From assembly GCA_017941235.1 (NCBI GenBank), contig JAGAWU010000024.1:615-64614 (forward strand): a stretch of 64,000 bases of DNA. Reading direction: 5' to 3'. Numbering within the stretch: the first letter of the stretch is position 1; each line of letters opens with the position of its first letter. A program made the position numbers and the translations under genes. The notes beneath the pieces were generated by a model that was given only the letters and a program-made list of their open reading frames with translations, was not told where the DNA came from and ran no database searches. Source of the DNA: Bacilli bacterium. Lineage in GTDB: Bacteria; Bacillota_I; Bacilli_A; RF39; UBA660. This document shows positions 9,723-20,249 of the stretch, one piece after another.

Positions 9723-12700
9723 ATGAATGATATTAGTAATTTACAAAATTTATTAAATAGTGCGACTGATAATTATCAACAAATATATGATGAAATTCAA
9801 GAAATTCGGAATAGAATTTCTGATTTAGGTGATATTCCTGGTCCACATACTGATGAAAATCCACGAAATGCATCACAAGATAAATTTGATGAGGAAAAAC
9901 AAAAATTAAATGAAAAATATGAAGAGTTGAAAAATGCTGGTGAGAAAATTGCGGAAATTCAAAACAAAATTGATGAATTGGAAAAAGCTTCTAATTTGAA
10001 TCTTGTGAATGAACAACCTATTCAAGCACCAGTAATAGATAATGATGCTGCACCAGTTGTAGGTGATGAACAATCAGTTCAAACACCAGTAATAGATAAT
10101 AATTCAACACCAGTTGTAGGTGAAAGGCAACCAATTCTAACTCCAGTAATAGATAATAATGCTGCACCGGTTGTAGGTGAAGGACAATCAGTTCAAACAC
10201 CAGTAATAGATAATGATGCTGCACCAGCTGTAGGTGATGAGCAATCAGTTCAACCACCAGTAATTGATAATAATTCAACACCAACTGTAGGTGATGAGCA
10301 ATCAGTTCAAACACCAGTAATTGATAATAATTCAACACCAGTTGTAGGTGATGAACAACCAGTTCAAACATCAGTAATTGATAGTGATTCAATACCAGTT
10401 GTAGGTGAAGGACAATCAATTCAAACTCCAGTAATTGATAGTGATTCAACACCAGTTGTAGAGAAAGAACAATCAGTTCAAACACCAGTAATTGATAATA
10501 ATGATGCACCAGTTGTAGGTGAAGGACAACCAATTCAAACTCCAGTAATAGATAATAATGCTGCACCGGTTGTAGGTGAAGGACAATCAGTTCAAACTCC
10601 AGTAATAGATAATAATGCTGCACCGGTTGTAGGTGAAGGACAATCAGTTCAAACACCAGTAATTGATAGTGATTCAATACCAGTTGTAGAGAAAGAACAA
10701 TCAGTTCAACCACCAGTAATTGATAATAATGATGCACCTGTTGTAGGTGAAGGACAACCAGTTCAACTACCAGTAATTGATAATAATTCAACACCAGTTG
10801 TAGGTGATGAACAACCAGTTCAAACATCAGTAATTGATAATGATGCTGCACCAGCTGTAGGTGGTGAACAAACTATTCAACCACCAGTAATTGATAATGA
10901 TGCTGCACCAGTTGTAGGTGAAGGACAACCAATTCAAACTCCAGTAATAGATAATAATTCAACACCAGTTGTAGGTGAAGGACAATCAGTTCAAACACCA
11001 GTAATAGATAATGATGCTGCACCAGCTGTAGGTGGTGAACAAACTATTCAACCACCAGTAATTGATAATAATTCAACACCAGTTGTAGGTGATGAACAAC
11101 CAGTTCAAACATCAGTAATTGATAGTGATTCAATACCAGTTGTAGAGAAAGAACAATCAGTTCAAACACCAGTAATTGATAATAATTCAACACCAGTTGT
11201 AGGTGATGAACAAAATATTATGCAAGAATCTGGAGAAAAAGGTAATCTGCCAATAAGAGGAGATGATGGACAAATTATGGATAATAATATATTAGATAAT
11301 GATGTAGTAGTAACATCTAATGAAAATAAAACTATTCTTGAAGGTACTATTGCTCCAGGAATGCTAACACCAGAAGAAGAATTTAAAAGAGTAACTGGAC
11401 AAGAATTTGATCCTGAAAGATATGAAATTCTATATCATGGTGCTGATAACGATTTTGCTGCTGATGAGCCATATGTTCCTTATACTATTGTGGAAAAAGT
11501 GCTTGATGATGAGATTACAAAAACAGATAATAGTGAGGAAGAAATAGAAAAAGCTTATAGAACAGCTGTTGATGATGCGATTGCTTTATATAATCTACCA
11601 GAACCAACTGATAGTTATGAAAGAAAAGCTTATAATGAAGAATATATAGCTAGAAGTGAGGAAATTCGAAAAGCTTTAGAAATTTTGACACCTGAAAAAA
11701 TAAAAGAAGCAGAAGAAGAATTTAAGAGAGTAACTGGACAAGAATTTGATTTTGATAAGTATGAAATTGAATCGACTGATACTGAAAATTATGGAGAAAA
11801 AGTAGATATAAAAGATTTATCAGATGACGAGTTGGATAAAGAAATAGAAGATTTTGAAAATGCTGATACAGATATTTCTTTCACTGATCCTAAATATCAA
11901 AGATATACAGAATTAAAAAATGAAAAAGAAAAAAGATTAAATAGTAATCAAAATCATGAAGAAAAATCTTATTCTGAAATGAATGATGAAGAACTTGATG
12001 AAAGTATTAAACAAAAGTGGGCAAAATTAAATCCTATATATGGTGAAATAGACGAAAATGATCCTCGTTATATTGAATATTGGAAATTAATGCGTGAAAG
12101 AGAAAGAAGAAATAAAGAAAAAGAGGAAGCTAATAAAAAGGTTGATGAAAAAGAAAATGATGATAAAGAAAATGATGAAAAAAAGAATGATGGTTGGGAA
12201 ATTTCATCAATAGAGGTTCCTTTAGATATTCTTAAAAAGAATAAAAATAATACAAATGATAATAATAATGTAAATAGCAATAATAATCCAACTAATAATA
12301 ATACAAATAATAGCAATAATCCAGTTAATAGTAATCCAACTAATAATAATGTTCCTGTTAATAATTCTTTAAGTAATGAGACTGTAAAGATTATGTTTAT
12401 GAATGATGGTAAATTAATTCCTAATTATGGAAACATTGTGATTGAAAAAGGTGGAACTATTAAACATGGTCCTGTTATTGATCCTGTTCCTTTAAATAAG
12501 AAAGGTAAACCAAAGAAGTTAACTGCTAAAACTTTCTCTCATTGGGAAGATCAATATGGTAATGTAGTGGACTTCAGTCAACCAATTACTGAGGATATGA
12601 TTTTAACTGCTGCTTATAAGTTTGATAAGAAAAAAGCAGTTTCTATTGGTTTAGGTGCTGCTATTGGAGCACTTGCGTATGTTGCTGATCTTGCAATCCC

Positions 12701-13457
12701 TGTACCTGTACCTGTAGTATCTATGATTGGTGCAGCAGGAACTAAAATAGCTAATCATTTTGTAAAGAAAAATTTAAATAATTTAACTGTTGATAATATG
12801 AATGAAGCTAGAACTATTACTGCTGTGGATGATATTCCTGAAGAACTTGCTCAAAATATTCTTGAACAAAAGAAAAAAGGATATATTTCTACATTCCTTA
12901 AAACAGCAACTGTTGCTTGTACTATTTCTTCAGCTGCTCATTTATTAAAGGCTTCACATGCAGCTGAGAAGGGATTAGATAATGTTAAATCAACTCCTAA
13001 TAAGAATATAACAAATGGTAGTGATGGACTTACTAATCCAGATCCTTCTCATAATATGGTTAATAGTAATGATCCTATTATTGGTCAGACTACTAATCCA
13101 ACACCTACTAAAATAAGTTCGCCAACATCAACTCCTAATACTGTTTCTACTGATGTATTAGGTGGATATGAACCTACTGGAGAAGTTTATAAGTCAGCTG
13201 CTGATGCTTTAAGTGGTACTAATGGTTCTGCTGCTTATGCTCCATCTTTTGCTGGAGAAGAAACTTTTGAAGCATATAATGCAGTAACTGGTGCAAGACA
13301 TGGTATTTCTCGTGGTCAAGAGTTATCTGAAATAATGAAAATGGTTGGTGCAAGTGATCCATCACAAGTTGCAGTAAATGTTATGAATGCTGATGGAGTT
13401 CCACTTACATGGCAGTCTATGTCTTCTATGGCTGAAACTGTTACAAAAACTTTATAG
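9723..13457 (+). CDS. Large acidic repeat protein: N-terminal coiled coil, 21 x 19-aa repeats, InlB B-repeat-like domain, hydrophobic hairpin
   Basis: 1244-aa ORF without signal peptide; 'FSHWED....VDFSQPITEDMILTA.Y' B-repeat-like motif; hydrophobic GLGAAIGALAYVADLAIPVPVPVV segment. Confidence 0.75.
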   Translation: MNDISNLQNLLNSATDNYQQIYDEIQEIRNRISDLGDIPGPHTDENPRNASQDKFDEEKQKLNEKYEELKNAGEKIAEIQNKIDELEKASNLNLVNEQPIQAPVIDNDAAPVVGDEQSVQTPVIDNNSTPVVGERQPILTPVIDNNAAPVVGEGQSVQTPVIDNDAAPAVGDEQSVQPPVIDNNSTPTVGDEQSVQTPVIDNNSTPVVGDEQPVQTSVIDSDSIPVVGEGQSIQTPVIDSDSTPVVEKEQSVQTPVIDNNDAPVVGEGQPIQTPVIDNNAAPVVGEGQSVQTPVIDNNAAPVVGEGQSVQTPVIDSDSIPVVEKEQSVQPPVIDNNDAPVVGEGQPVQLPVIDNNSTPVVGDEQPVQTSVIDNDAAPAVGGEQTIQPPVIDNDAAPVVGEGQPIQTPVIDNNSTPVVGEGQSVQTPVIDNDAAPAVGGEQTIQPPVIDNNSTPVVGDEQPVQTSVIDSDSIPVVEKEQSVQTPVIDNNSTPVVGDEQNIMQESGEKGNLPIRGDDGQIMDNNILDNDVVVTSNENKTILEGTIAPGMLTPEEEFKRVTGQEFDPERYEILYHGADNDFAADEPYVPYTIVEKVLDDEITKTDNSEEEIEKAYRTAVDDAIALYNLPEPTDSYERKAYNEEYIARSEEIRKALEILTPEKIKEAEEEFKRVTGQEFDFDKYEIESTDTENYGEKVDIKDLSDDELDKEIEDFENADTDISFTDPKYQRYTELKNEKEKRLNSNQNHEEKSYSEMNDEELDESIKQKWAKLNPIYGEIDENDPRYIEYWKLMRERERRNKEKEEANKKVDEKENDDKENDEKKNDGWEISSIEVPLDILKKNKNNTNDNNNVNSNNNPTNNNTNNSNNPVNSNPTNNNVPVNNSLSNETVKIMFMNDGKLIPNYGNIVIEKGGTIKHGPVIDPVPLNKKGKPKKLTAKTFSHWEDQYGNVVDFSQPITEDMILTAAYKFDKKKAVSIGLGAAIGALAYVADLAIPVPVPVVSMIGAAGTKIANHFVKKNLNNLTVDNMNEARTITAVDDIPEELAQNILEQKKKGYISTFLKTATVACTISSAAHLLKASHAAEKGLDNVKSTPNKNITNGSDGLTNPDPSHNMVNSNDPIIGQTTNPTPTKISSPTSTPNTVSTDVLGGYEPTGEVYKSAADALSGTNGSAAYAPSFAGEETFEAYNAVTGARHGISRGQELSEIMKMVGASDPSQVAVNVMNADGVPLTWQSMSSMAETVTKTL
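10011..11207 (+). repeat. Coding tandem repeat, 21 x 57 bp (consensus EQSVQTPVIDNNSTPVVGE)
   Basis: Counted 21 units of 19 aa directly in the translation. Confidence 0.95.
11358..11720 (+). repeat. Dispersed repeat copy 1 (363 bp, ~98% identical to 30837-31199)
   Basis: Direct comparison; about 7 substitutions, no indels. Confidence 0.95.
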
Positions 13458-13466
13458 GAGGTATTT

Positions 13467-13700
13467 ATGAATACTAATTATAGAAATAAGTTAATTACTA
13501 TGTCTGATGGTGAACAGTATGTGGTTTTAAGTGAAGCAAGTTATAAAGGTAAAACATATGCTTTAGCTAATGATATTATTAACAATAATTTGGGTTCTAA
13601 TATGACATTATTTAGAATAGAAGATTTAAATGGGGAACTTAATTTTGTTATTGAACGTGATTTAGATATAGTAAGTACTATATTAACTAAAATGGCTTAA
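13467..13700 (+). CDS. Small protein, DUF1292-like
   Basis: GGAGG RBS; 'LITMSDGEQYVVLSE..Y.GKTY' pattern similar to 32708 ORF. Confidence 0.6.
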   Translation: MNTNYRNKLITMSDGEQYVVLSEASYKGKTYALANDIINNNLGSNMTLFRIEDLNGELNFVIERDLDIVSTILTKMA

Positions 13701-13729
13701 GAAACTATGAAAATAGTTTCTTTTTTTTT
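13699..13729 (+). terminator. Rho-independent terminator
   Basis: AAGAAACTAT-GAAA-ATAGTTTCTT plus T tract. Confidence 0.8.
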
Positions 13730-13772
13730 AATAATTATGATATTATATTATTGTTAGAGTGGTGGTAATTAT

Positions 13773-14609
13773 ATGAATTTAAAATTTATAGTAAATGAAT
13801 ATGTGCTTATTTGGTATTTATTATTTCAACAATCTATATCAGATGAGTTAAATGATTATAAACAGAAAATATGGAATAATTTAAAGAAAGAGTATACTTC
13901 GTTTCAAAAAGAGAAACATATTATACTTGAAGATCCTAAAAATTATATTCCTAATGATGATACTATTTATGATATGGTTAAAGATTTTGAACAGTATGAT
14001 AGTATATTAAAAGAAACAGAAAAATTTAAAACTTCTGTTATAAAAGTATGGGATAATTATAAGAAAAAAATAGATCAAAATATATTTAAGATTTTAAAAT
14101 TTGATATACCTAATTATAATATACTTTTAGTTAATCCTAGACTTAATGTTATTGATATATCTTCTAATAAAGAAAATAAAATACATACTATAGTTTATGG
14201 TAAAAAATTAAATTCAGATAATATTCAAATAGTACTTGAAATTATATATATGATTATTAGAAAAGAATTTAAAAATTTTGATTCTGAAAATAATGATATA
14301 GTTGAGGCAATACTTGAACTTGCTATACTTCATGAATTAGGTACTAGAATTACTGGTAAGAGTTGTTATTTATTTAAAGATAGTAAGAATAGTTTAATAA
14401 AGAGACAAATTTATCCTTATTTTTTAATGTATTTAGGTGTTGATAGGGATGATTTAGTTTCTTATATGAGACGTGATGGTATTGTTTTTGATGCTAGTAA
14501 TTATACTAATGAAGTTCAACTTAGAAAAATTAATATAAAGGAATTTATGAGTTTTTGTATAAATAATAAAAAGATTATTCTTAGATTAGATAAACTTGGA
14601 GTTAAATAA
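13773..14609 (+). CDS. Hypothetical protein upstream of polC
   Basis: 278-aa ORF with RBS, 15 bp before polC. Confidence 0.7.
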   Translation: MNLKFIVNEYVLIWYLLFQQSISDELNDYKQKIWNNLKKEYTSFQKEKHIILEDPKNYIPNDDTIYDMVKDFEQYDSILKETEKFKTSVIKVWDNYKKKIDQNIFKILKFDIPNYNILLVNPRLNVIDISSNKENKIHTIVYGKKLNSDNIQIVLEIIYMIIRKEFKNFDSENNDIVEAILELAILHELGTRITGKSCYLFKDSKNSLIKRQIYPYFLMYLGVDRDDLVSYMRRDGIVFDASNYTNEVQLRKINIKEFMSFCINNKKIILRLDKLGVK

Positions 14610-14624
14610 TAGGGAGGGTTAATA

Positions 14625-17600
14625 ATGGATGATAAAATTAAAATACTTTTAGATAGATTGCAAATAAGAAATGACCATTATCCCTCTTTTTATGGTAGTA
14701 AATTAACTAAAATTAAGGTTAATAAAAAGAATAATTCATGTATTATATATATTACAAATGATAAGATGTATGATGTAGATATTATTAGAGAATTAGATGC
14801 GAATAAAAATTTAATTGATAAAAGTATTAGTAATGTTGAGATAGTGTATGATTTTAAAGAAAAAGATAATAATATATATATTTCTTATTATTCTTTTGTT
14901 TTGGAAAAAGTTAAAGATATACTTAGAGTTATTGAAATATATAAAGATAAATTAAAAATTCAAGATAATAAATTTGTACTTGTTGCTAATAATAAAGTTG
15001 AGGAGACTAAACTTAATAATGCACTTCCAAAAATAAATGAAATTTATCATAGTTTAGGATTAGAAACTGATCTTCAGGTAGTTTATCAAGAAGAACACTC
15101 GGTTAGGGATGAGATTACTAAGAGTTTAAATAATAGTATTGATAATATGAGGGCTTCTATAGAAGAATATAATAATAAGTCAGTTCAGAAAGAAGTAGTA
15201 GCTAAACCTAAATATCCTACAAGAAGAAGTACTAAAAAAGATCCTAATAGTGTTATTGGGGTTATGATTGAGGATATGCCTATTCCTATTCATTCAATTA
15301 TAGGTGAAGATAATAATGTTACTATTTGGGGAGAAATATTTGGAATAGATTATTTTGAATCAAGTAAAAGTGATTTTAAGATAATTACACTTAAAGTAAC
15401 TGATTATGAAGATAGTATTTATTGTAAAGTTTTTGCAAGGGAACAAGAAGAATATAAAAGAATATGTTCTGAGTTAAAAAAAGGTAAATGGTATAAAATT
15501 AGGGGTTATGTTAAAAGTGATCATTTTTCTAATGATGAACTTGTTTTAAATGCTAGAGATATTATTTTAGAGGATAAGCCTAAGAAGAAGAGAGAAGACA
15601 ATGCTTTAGAAAAAAGAGTAGAACTTCATGCACATACTAAGATGAGTCAAATGGATGGTATTTGTGATGAAGTTGAACTTGTAAATCAGGCTATTAGTTT
15701 TGGACATAAAGCAATAGCAATTACTGATCATAATGGTTGTCAAGCATTTCCACATGTTTTTAACACAGTAACTTCTTATAATAAGAATCAGGCTGATGAA
15801 GATAAGTTTAAAGCAATATATGGTTGTGAATTAACATTAATAGATGATAGTGTTGATATAGTAATTAGACCTACGGATGAAGTTATGCTTGATCTTGAAT
15901 ATGTAGTTTTTGACTTTGAAACTACTGGTTTTAATGCTGGTGGAAAAGACTCAATTATTGAAATTGGAGCTGTTAAGATTAAAGATGGTGTTATAACCGA
16001 GAAATATGATGAATTAATTAATCCTGGTGTTAAACTTTCACAAAAAATAATAGATGTAACAAGTATTACAGATGAGATGCTTGAAGGAAAAGATAATGAA
16101 GAAAATGCAATAAAGAGATTCATTGAGTGGTTTGGAGATTTACCAATGGTTGCTCATAATGCTAAATTTGATGTTTCTTTTTTAGAGATGGCATATAAAA
16201 AATATAATTTAGGTACTTTTAAAAATACAGTAATTGATACCTTAGAATTATCACGTACTCTTGATAATACTTATGCAAGACATAGTTTGAGTGCACTTGT
16301 TAAAAGATATGATGTTCCTTGGGATGAAGAAAGTCATCATAGAGGAGATTATGATGCTGAAGGAACTGCACTTGTATTTTATAAAATGCTAAAAAAACTT
16401 GATAATCGTAATATAGAAAGAATGAATCAACTTGATGAATTAGTGTCTCGTGATGAGATACATAAGTATGGTAAGAGTTATCATGTTAATTTACTTGCTA
16501 AAAATAAGATTGGACTTAAAAATTTATTTAAACTTATTAGTTTAGCTAATACTAAATATTTATATAAGACTCCTAGAATTCTTCGTAGTGAAATAGAAAA
16601 TAATAGAGAAGGACTTCTTGTAGGTAGTGGATGTTATGAAAGCGAAGTTTTTTTACAAGCACGTAGTAAGGCTGATCAAGAATTAACTAATATAATAAGA
16701 TTTTATGATTATGTAGAAGTACAACCTCTTGAATGTTATGGACATTTGATACAAAGTGGTGACTTTGCTAATGAGTATGAGCTTTCTCATCATTTAAGAA
16801 AAATTATTAGAGTAACAGAAGAAGCAGGTAAAATAATAGTTGCTACTGGTGATGTACATCATATAAATAGAGAAGATAAGGTTTATCGTGAGATAATAGT
16901 TAATCAAAAAGTACCTGGTGGTGGTAGACATCCACTTGCTCGTAATAATATAAAAGAAATACCATCTAATCATTTTAGAACTACTGAAGAAATGCTTGAT
17001 GATTTTAAATTCTTAGAAGATGAGGCACTTGCTCATAAAATAGTAGTTGAAAATCCTAATAAGATAGCTGATATGGTTGATATAATTGAAGTAATTATTG
17101 ATACAGGGGGTATACCATTTTCACCTCGTGTAAAAGCTGATGATGGTAAGAGTTACTTAGATTGTCCTGTAGTTGTTACTGATTTAGTATATACTAAAGC
17201 AAAAGATTGGTATGGGGATCCACTTCCTTATTCAATAGAAGAGCGTATTGCTACTGAGTTATACGGAGATATTGTTTTTAAAGTTGTAAAAGATAATTTG
17301 GAAAAGGATAATTTATCTGAACAAGATTTTATTATTCAATCTCATAAAAATCTTCATGATGTTATTTTATCTGGTAAAGATAAAGTATTTGGGCTTGTCA
17401 GTGATTATTTAAAAAGAACAAGTGAAGAAGAGCTTGATGATAAAGCTTTAGAAAAAGCTACATCTAAGGCAATGGGTGGTGTAATTGGTGGAGGTTTTGA
17501 TCCTATATACTTAATTGCTCAAAGACTTGTTAAACACTCTAATGATGAAGGATATTTAGTTGGTTCTCGTGGTTCTGTAGGATCTAGTTTCGTTGCTACT

Positions 17601-19262
17601 ATGATGGGAATTACTGAGGTTAATCCACTTGCTGCTCATTATAGATGTAGTAAGTGTAAAATTAGTATTTTTGAAGATGAAGATGGTAATCCATATGGTG
17701 CTGATTATTCTTCTGGTTTTGATTTACCTGATAAGGAATGCCCTAATTGTCATATACCATTAATTAAAGATGGACAAGATATGCCTTTTGCTACTTTCCT
17801 TGGATTTAATGCAGATAAAGTTCCAGATATTGATTTAAACTTCTCAGACTTAAATCAAGCAAGTGCTCATGCTTATACAAAAGTATTATTTGGTGAGGAT
17901 AATGTTTATAGGGCTGGAACTATTGGTACTGTAGCTGATAAAACTGCATTTGGTTTTGTTAAGGGATGGGCTGAGGAACATCAGAAGGAAATTAGAACGG
18001 CAGAAGTTGAAAGACTTGCTATGGGATGTACAGGTGTTAAAAGAACTACTGGTCAACATCCTGGTGGAATTGTTGTTGTTCCTGATTATATGGAAGTATT
18101 TGATTTTACACCTTTTCAATTTCCTGCTGAAGATGCAACTGCTGAGTGGAGAACAACACACTTTGATTATCATGCTATTGATCAATGCTTATTAAAACTT
18201 GATATCTTAGGTCATTCAGATCCAACACAACTTCGTTTGATACAACTTCAATCTGGTACTGATATTATGAAAGTTCCTATGGATGATAAAGAGACTATGA
18301 GTATTTTTACTTCTACAGATGCTCTTGGTGTTACTAAGGAAAAAATTATGTGTAATACTGGTACACTTGGTATACCTGAATTTGGTACTCCATTTACTAT
18401 TAAATTAGTTGAAGATACTAAGCCAACTACATTTGGTGAACTTATAAAAATTTCAGGTCTTTCACATGGTACTGATGTTTGGCTTGGTAATGCACAAGAT
18501 TTAATTGCTAATAAAATAGTACCTTTTAAAGATACAATTGGCTGTCGTGATGATATTATGGTTTATTTAATGTATAATGGTGTTCAACCGCTTAAAGCAT
18601 TTAAGATTATGGAGTTTGTTCGTAAAGGAAAAGCTAGTAAAGATCCAGAAACTTGGGAAGGACATGTTAAAACAATGAGAGATGCTAAAATTCCTGAATG
18701 GTTTATTGGATCTTGTCAAAAGATTAAATATATGTTCCCTAAAGCTCATGCTGCTGCTTATGTTATTTCAGCATTTAGAATTGCTTGGTATAAAGTTCAT
18801 ATGCCTGTATATTTTTATGCGTCCTGGTATTCATCTAAAGCAACAGATGTTGATGTCGAAGCAATGATAGGTGGTTATGATAAAATAAAACAAACACTTT
18901 TAGATATTCAAGCTAAAGGATATGAGGCTTCTAATAAAGAGAATGGTCAAGCTGAAAGTTTGAAGGTTGCACTTGAAGCAACAGCACGTGGAATTAAATT
19001 CTTAAATGTTGATCTTTATGAAAGTGAGGCCACAACTTGGAAAGTAAAAAGTGATACTGAAATATATCCTCCATTCAATTCAATTGCTGGACTAGGGGAT
19101 ACAGTTGCTAAAAATATAGTAAAAGAAAGAGAAAATAAATCTTTCTTAAGTATAGAAGATGTACAAATTAGAGGAAAAGTTTCTGGTACTTTAATTGAGA
19201 AAATGAAAGAAATGGGAATATTAAAAGATTTACCTGATTCTAATCAACTTTCATTATTTTAA
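14625..19262 (+). CDS. polC: DNA polymerase III PolC-type alpha subunit
   Basis: RVELHAHTKMS PHP motif, embedded DEDDh exonuclease (VFDFETTG, AHNAKFD), GSRGSVGSS, KVPDIDLNFS, KIKYMFPKAHA, C-terminal QLSLF clamp motif. Confidence 0.98.
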   Translation: MDDKIKILLDRLQIRNDHYPSFYGSKLTKIKVNKKNNSCIIYITNDKMYDVDIIRELDANKNLIDKSISNVEIVYDFKEKDNNIYISYYSFVLEKVKDILRVIEIYKDKLKIQDNKFVLVANNKVEETKLNNALPKINEIYHSLGLETDLQVVYQEEHSVRDEITKSLNNSIDNMRASIEEYNNKSVQKEVVAKPKYPTRRSTKKDPNSVIGVMIEDMPIPIHSIIGEDNNVTIWGEIFGIDYFESSKSDFKIITLKVTDYEDSIYCKVFAREQEEYKRICSELKKGKWYKIRGYVKSDHFSNDELVLNARDIILEDKPKKKREDNALEKRVELHAHTKMSQMDGICDEVELVNQAISFGHKAIAITDHNGCQAFPHVFNTVTSYNKNQADEDKFKAIYGCELTLIDDSVDIVIRPTDEVMLDLEYVVFDFETTGFNAGGKDSIIEIGAVKIKDGVITEKYDELINPGVKLSQKIIDVTSITDEMLEGKDNEENAIKRFIEWFGDLPMVAHNAKFDVSFLEMAYKKYNLGTFKNTVIDTLELSRTLDNTYARHSLSALVKRYDVPWDEESHHRGDYDAEGTALVFYKMLKKLDNRNIERMNQLDELVSRDEIHKYGKSYHVNLLAKNKIGLKNLFKLISLANTKYLYKTPRILRSEIENNREGLLVGSGCYESEVFLQARSKADQELTNIIRFYDYVEVQPLECYGHLIQSGDFANEYELSHHLRKIIRVTEEAGKIIVATGDVHHINREDKVYREIIVNQKVPGGGRHPLARNNIKEIPSNHFRTTEEMLDDFKFLEDEALAHKIVVENPNKIADMVDIIEVIIDTGGIPFSPRVKADDGKSYLDCPVVVTDLVYTKAKDWYGDPLPYSIEERIATELYGDIVFKVVKDNLEKDNLSEQDFIIQSHKNLHDVILSGKDKVFGLVSDYLKRTSEEELDDKALEKATSKAMGGVIGGGFDPIYLIAQRLVKHSNDEGYLVGSRGSVGSSFVATMMGITEVNPLAAHYRCSKCKISIFEDEDGNPYGADYSSGFDLPDKECPNCHIPLIKDGQDMPFATFLGFNADKVPDIDLNFSDLNQASAHAYTKVLFGEDNVYRAGTIGTVADKTAFGFVKGWAEEHQKEIRTAEVERLAMGCTGVKRTTGQHPGGIVVVPDYMEVFDFTPFQFPAEDATAEWRTTHFDYHAIDQCLLKLDILGHSDPTQLRLIQLQSGTDIMKVPMDDKETMSIFTSTDALGVTKEKIMCNTGTLGIPEFGTPFTIKLVEDTKPTTFGELIKISGLSHGTDVWLGNAQDLIANKIVPFKDTIGCRDDIMVYLMYNGVQPLKAFKIMEFVRKGKASKDPETWEGHVKTMRDAKIPEWFIGSCQKIKYMFPKAHAAAYVISAFRIAWYKVHMPVYFYASWYSSKATDVDVEAMIGGYDKIKQTLLDIQAKGYEASNKENGQAESLKVALEATARGIKFLNVDLYESEATTWKVKSDTEIYPPFNSIAGLGDTVAKNIVKERENKSFLSIEDVQIRGKVSGTLIEKMKEMGILKDLPDSNQLSLF

Positions 19263-19321
19263 AAAATACTTTTATTATATAAAAAAATATGTTACAATCT
19301 GTATAGAATAGAGGTTAGAAT

Positions 19322-20158
19322 ATGAAAAAGAAGAGTTTTGATTTTTGTAAATTTTATAAAAAAATATGGATTAATAAAAAGTATAGAAAAGTATTTTTAA
19401 CTTCAGTGTTAGGTATTTTTACAATAATACTATTAATTATTGTTATATCTAATTCACATACATTAACTTCAATTGAAGAAAGAGAACTAAAGAAAAATAG
19501 TGAAGTTGTAATGGGATATATGGAAGAAATTGAAAATGTAAAAAAAGTTGAATTATCTTCTTATATAATCTATGCTATGGAATATAACTATAATGAAAAT
19601 GATAAAACTACATTATCTTTAAAAAATATGGTTAAATTACTTGAAAATGTATTTAATAAAAAGTTTAACGAAAAAGAGTTAGAAAAAATTGGTATTACTC
19701 CTGATATGCTTAGTAAGAATATTACTTATGATTTTAGTACTAAAAAATATGTAATTGATAAGGGTTCTTATAGTTATGCTGATATAGCTCAGACTAAAAT
19801 AGTTAAATATGAATTACAAAAAATTAAAAAGAATAGTAAGAATAAATTTACAGGTATTTATAGAAAATATGTTGTTTCTAATCCATATGAAGTTTTAAAT
19901 TATTATGATGCATTAAATAGTAGTAATAATATAAAATCTAATAAAAAGGCAAATAAAGTAAAAAAATATGATACTACTGATATATTTAATTATTTAACCG
20001 GAAAAGAAAAATTAAAAGTAATGAAGAAATATATTACTAATGAAAGTGCTAAAAAAGTAGCTAAGGATAAAGGTGAAATTGAGGTAAAATATATAATTTC
20101 AGGTGATAAAATTTTAGTTAAAGAGATTAAATCTGATAAAAATAAAATTGAGTATTAA
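19322..20158 (+). CDS. Hypothetical membrane-anchored exported protein
   Basis: Basic N-terminus then one TM helix; GAGG RBS. Confidence 0.65.
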   Translation: MKKKSFDFCKFYKKIWINKKYRKVFLTSVLGIFTIILLIIVISNSHTLTSIEERELKKNSEVVMGYMEEIENVKKVELSSYIIYAMEYNYNENDKTTLSLKNMVKLLENVFNKKFNEKELEKIGITPDMLSKNITYDFSTKKYVIDKGSYSYADIAQTKIVKYELQKIKKNSKNKFTGIYRKYVVSNPYEVLNYYDALNSSNNIKSNKKANKVKKYDTTDIFNYLTGKEKLKVMKKYITNESAKKVAKDKGEIEVKYIISGDKILVKEIKSDKNKIEY

Positions 20159-20249
20159 AAATATTTGTAAAAAGGAGAGAATTAGGTTTCTCTTTTTTTT
20201 GTTTTATGTTATACTTTTAATAGGGTAGTATATAGTGACGAGGTGTCTT

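Noticed and set aside
10018-10851. 277-aa minus-strand ORF
   Set aside because: Antisense shadow of the 57-bp coding repeat; periodic, no RBS, fully inside a longer plus-strand gene.
10011-11207. Possible CRISPR array
   Set aside because: Units are contiguous in-frame coding repeats with no unique spacers, and no cas genes are present.
17262-17474. Possible intein in polC
   Set aside because: No N-terminal Cys/Ser or C-terminal His-Asn splice motifs, and too short.
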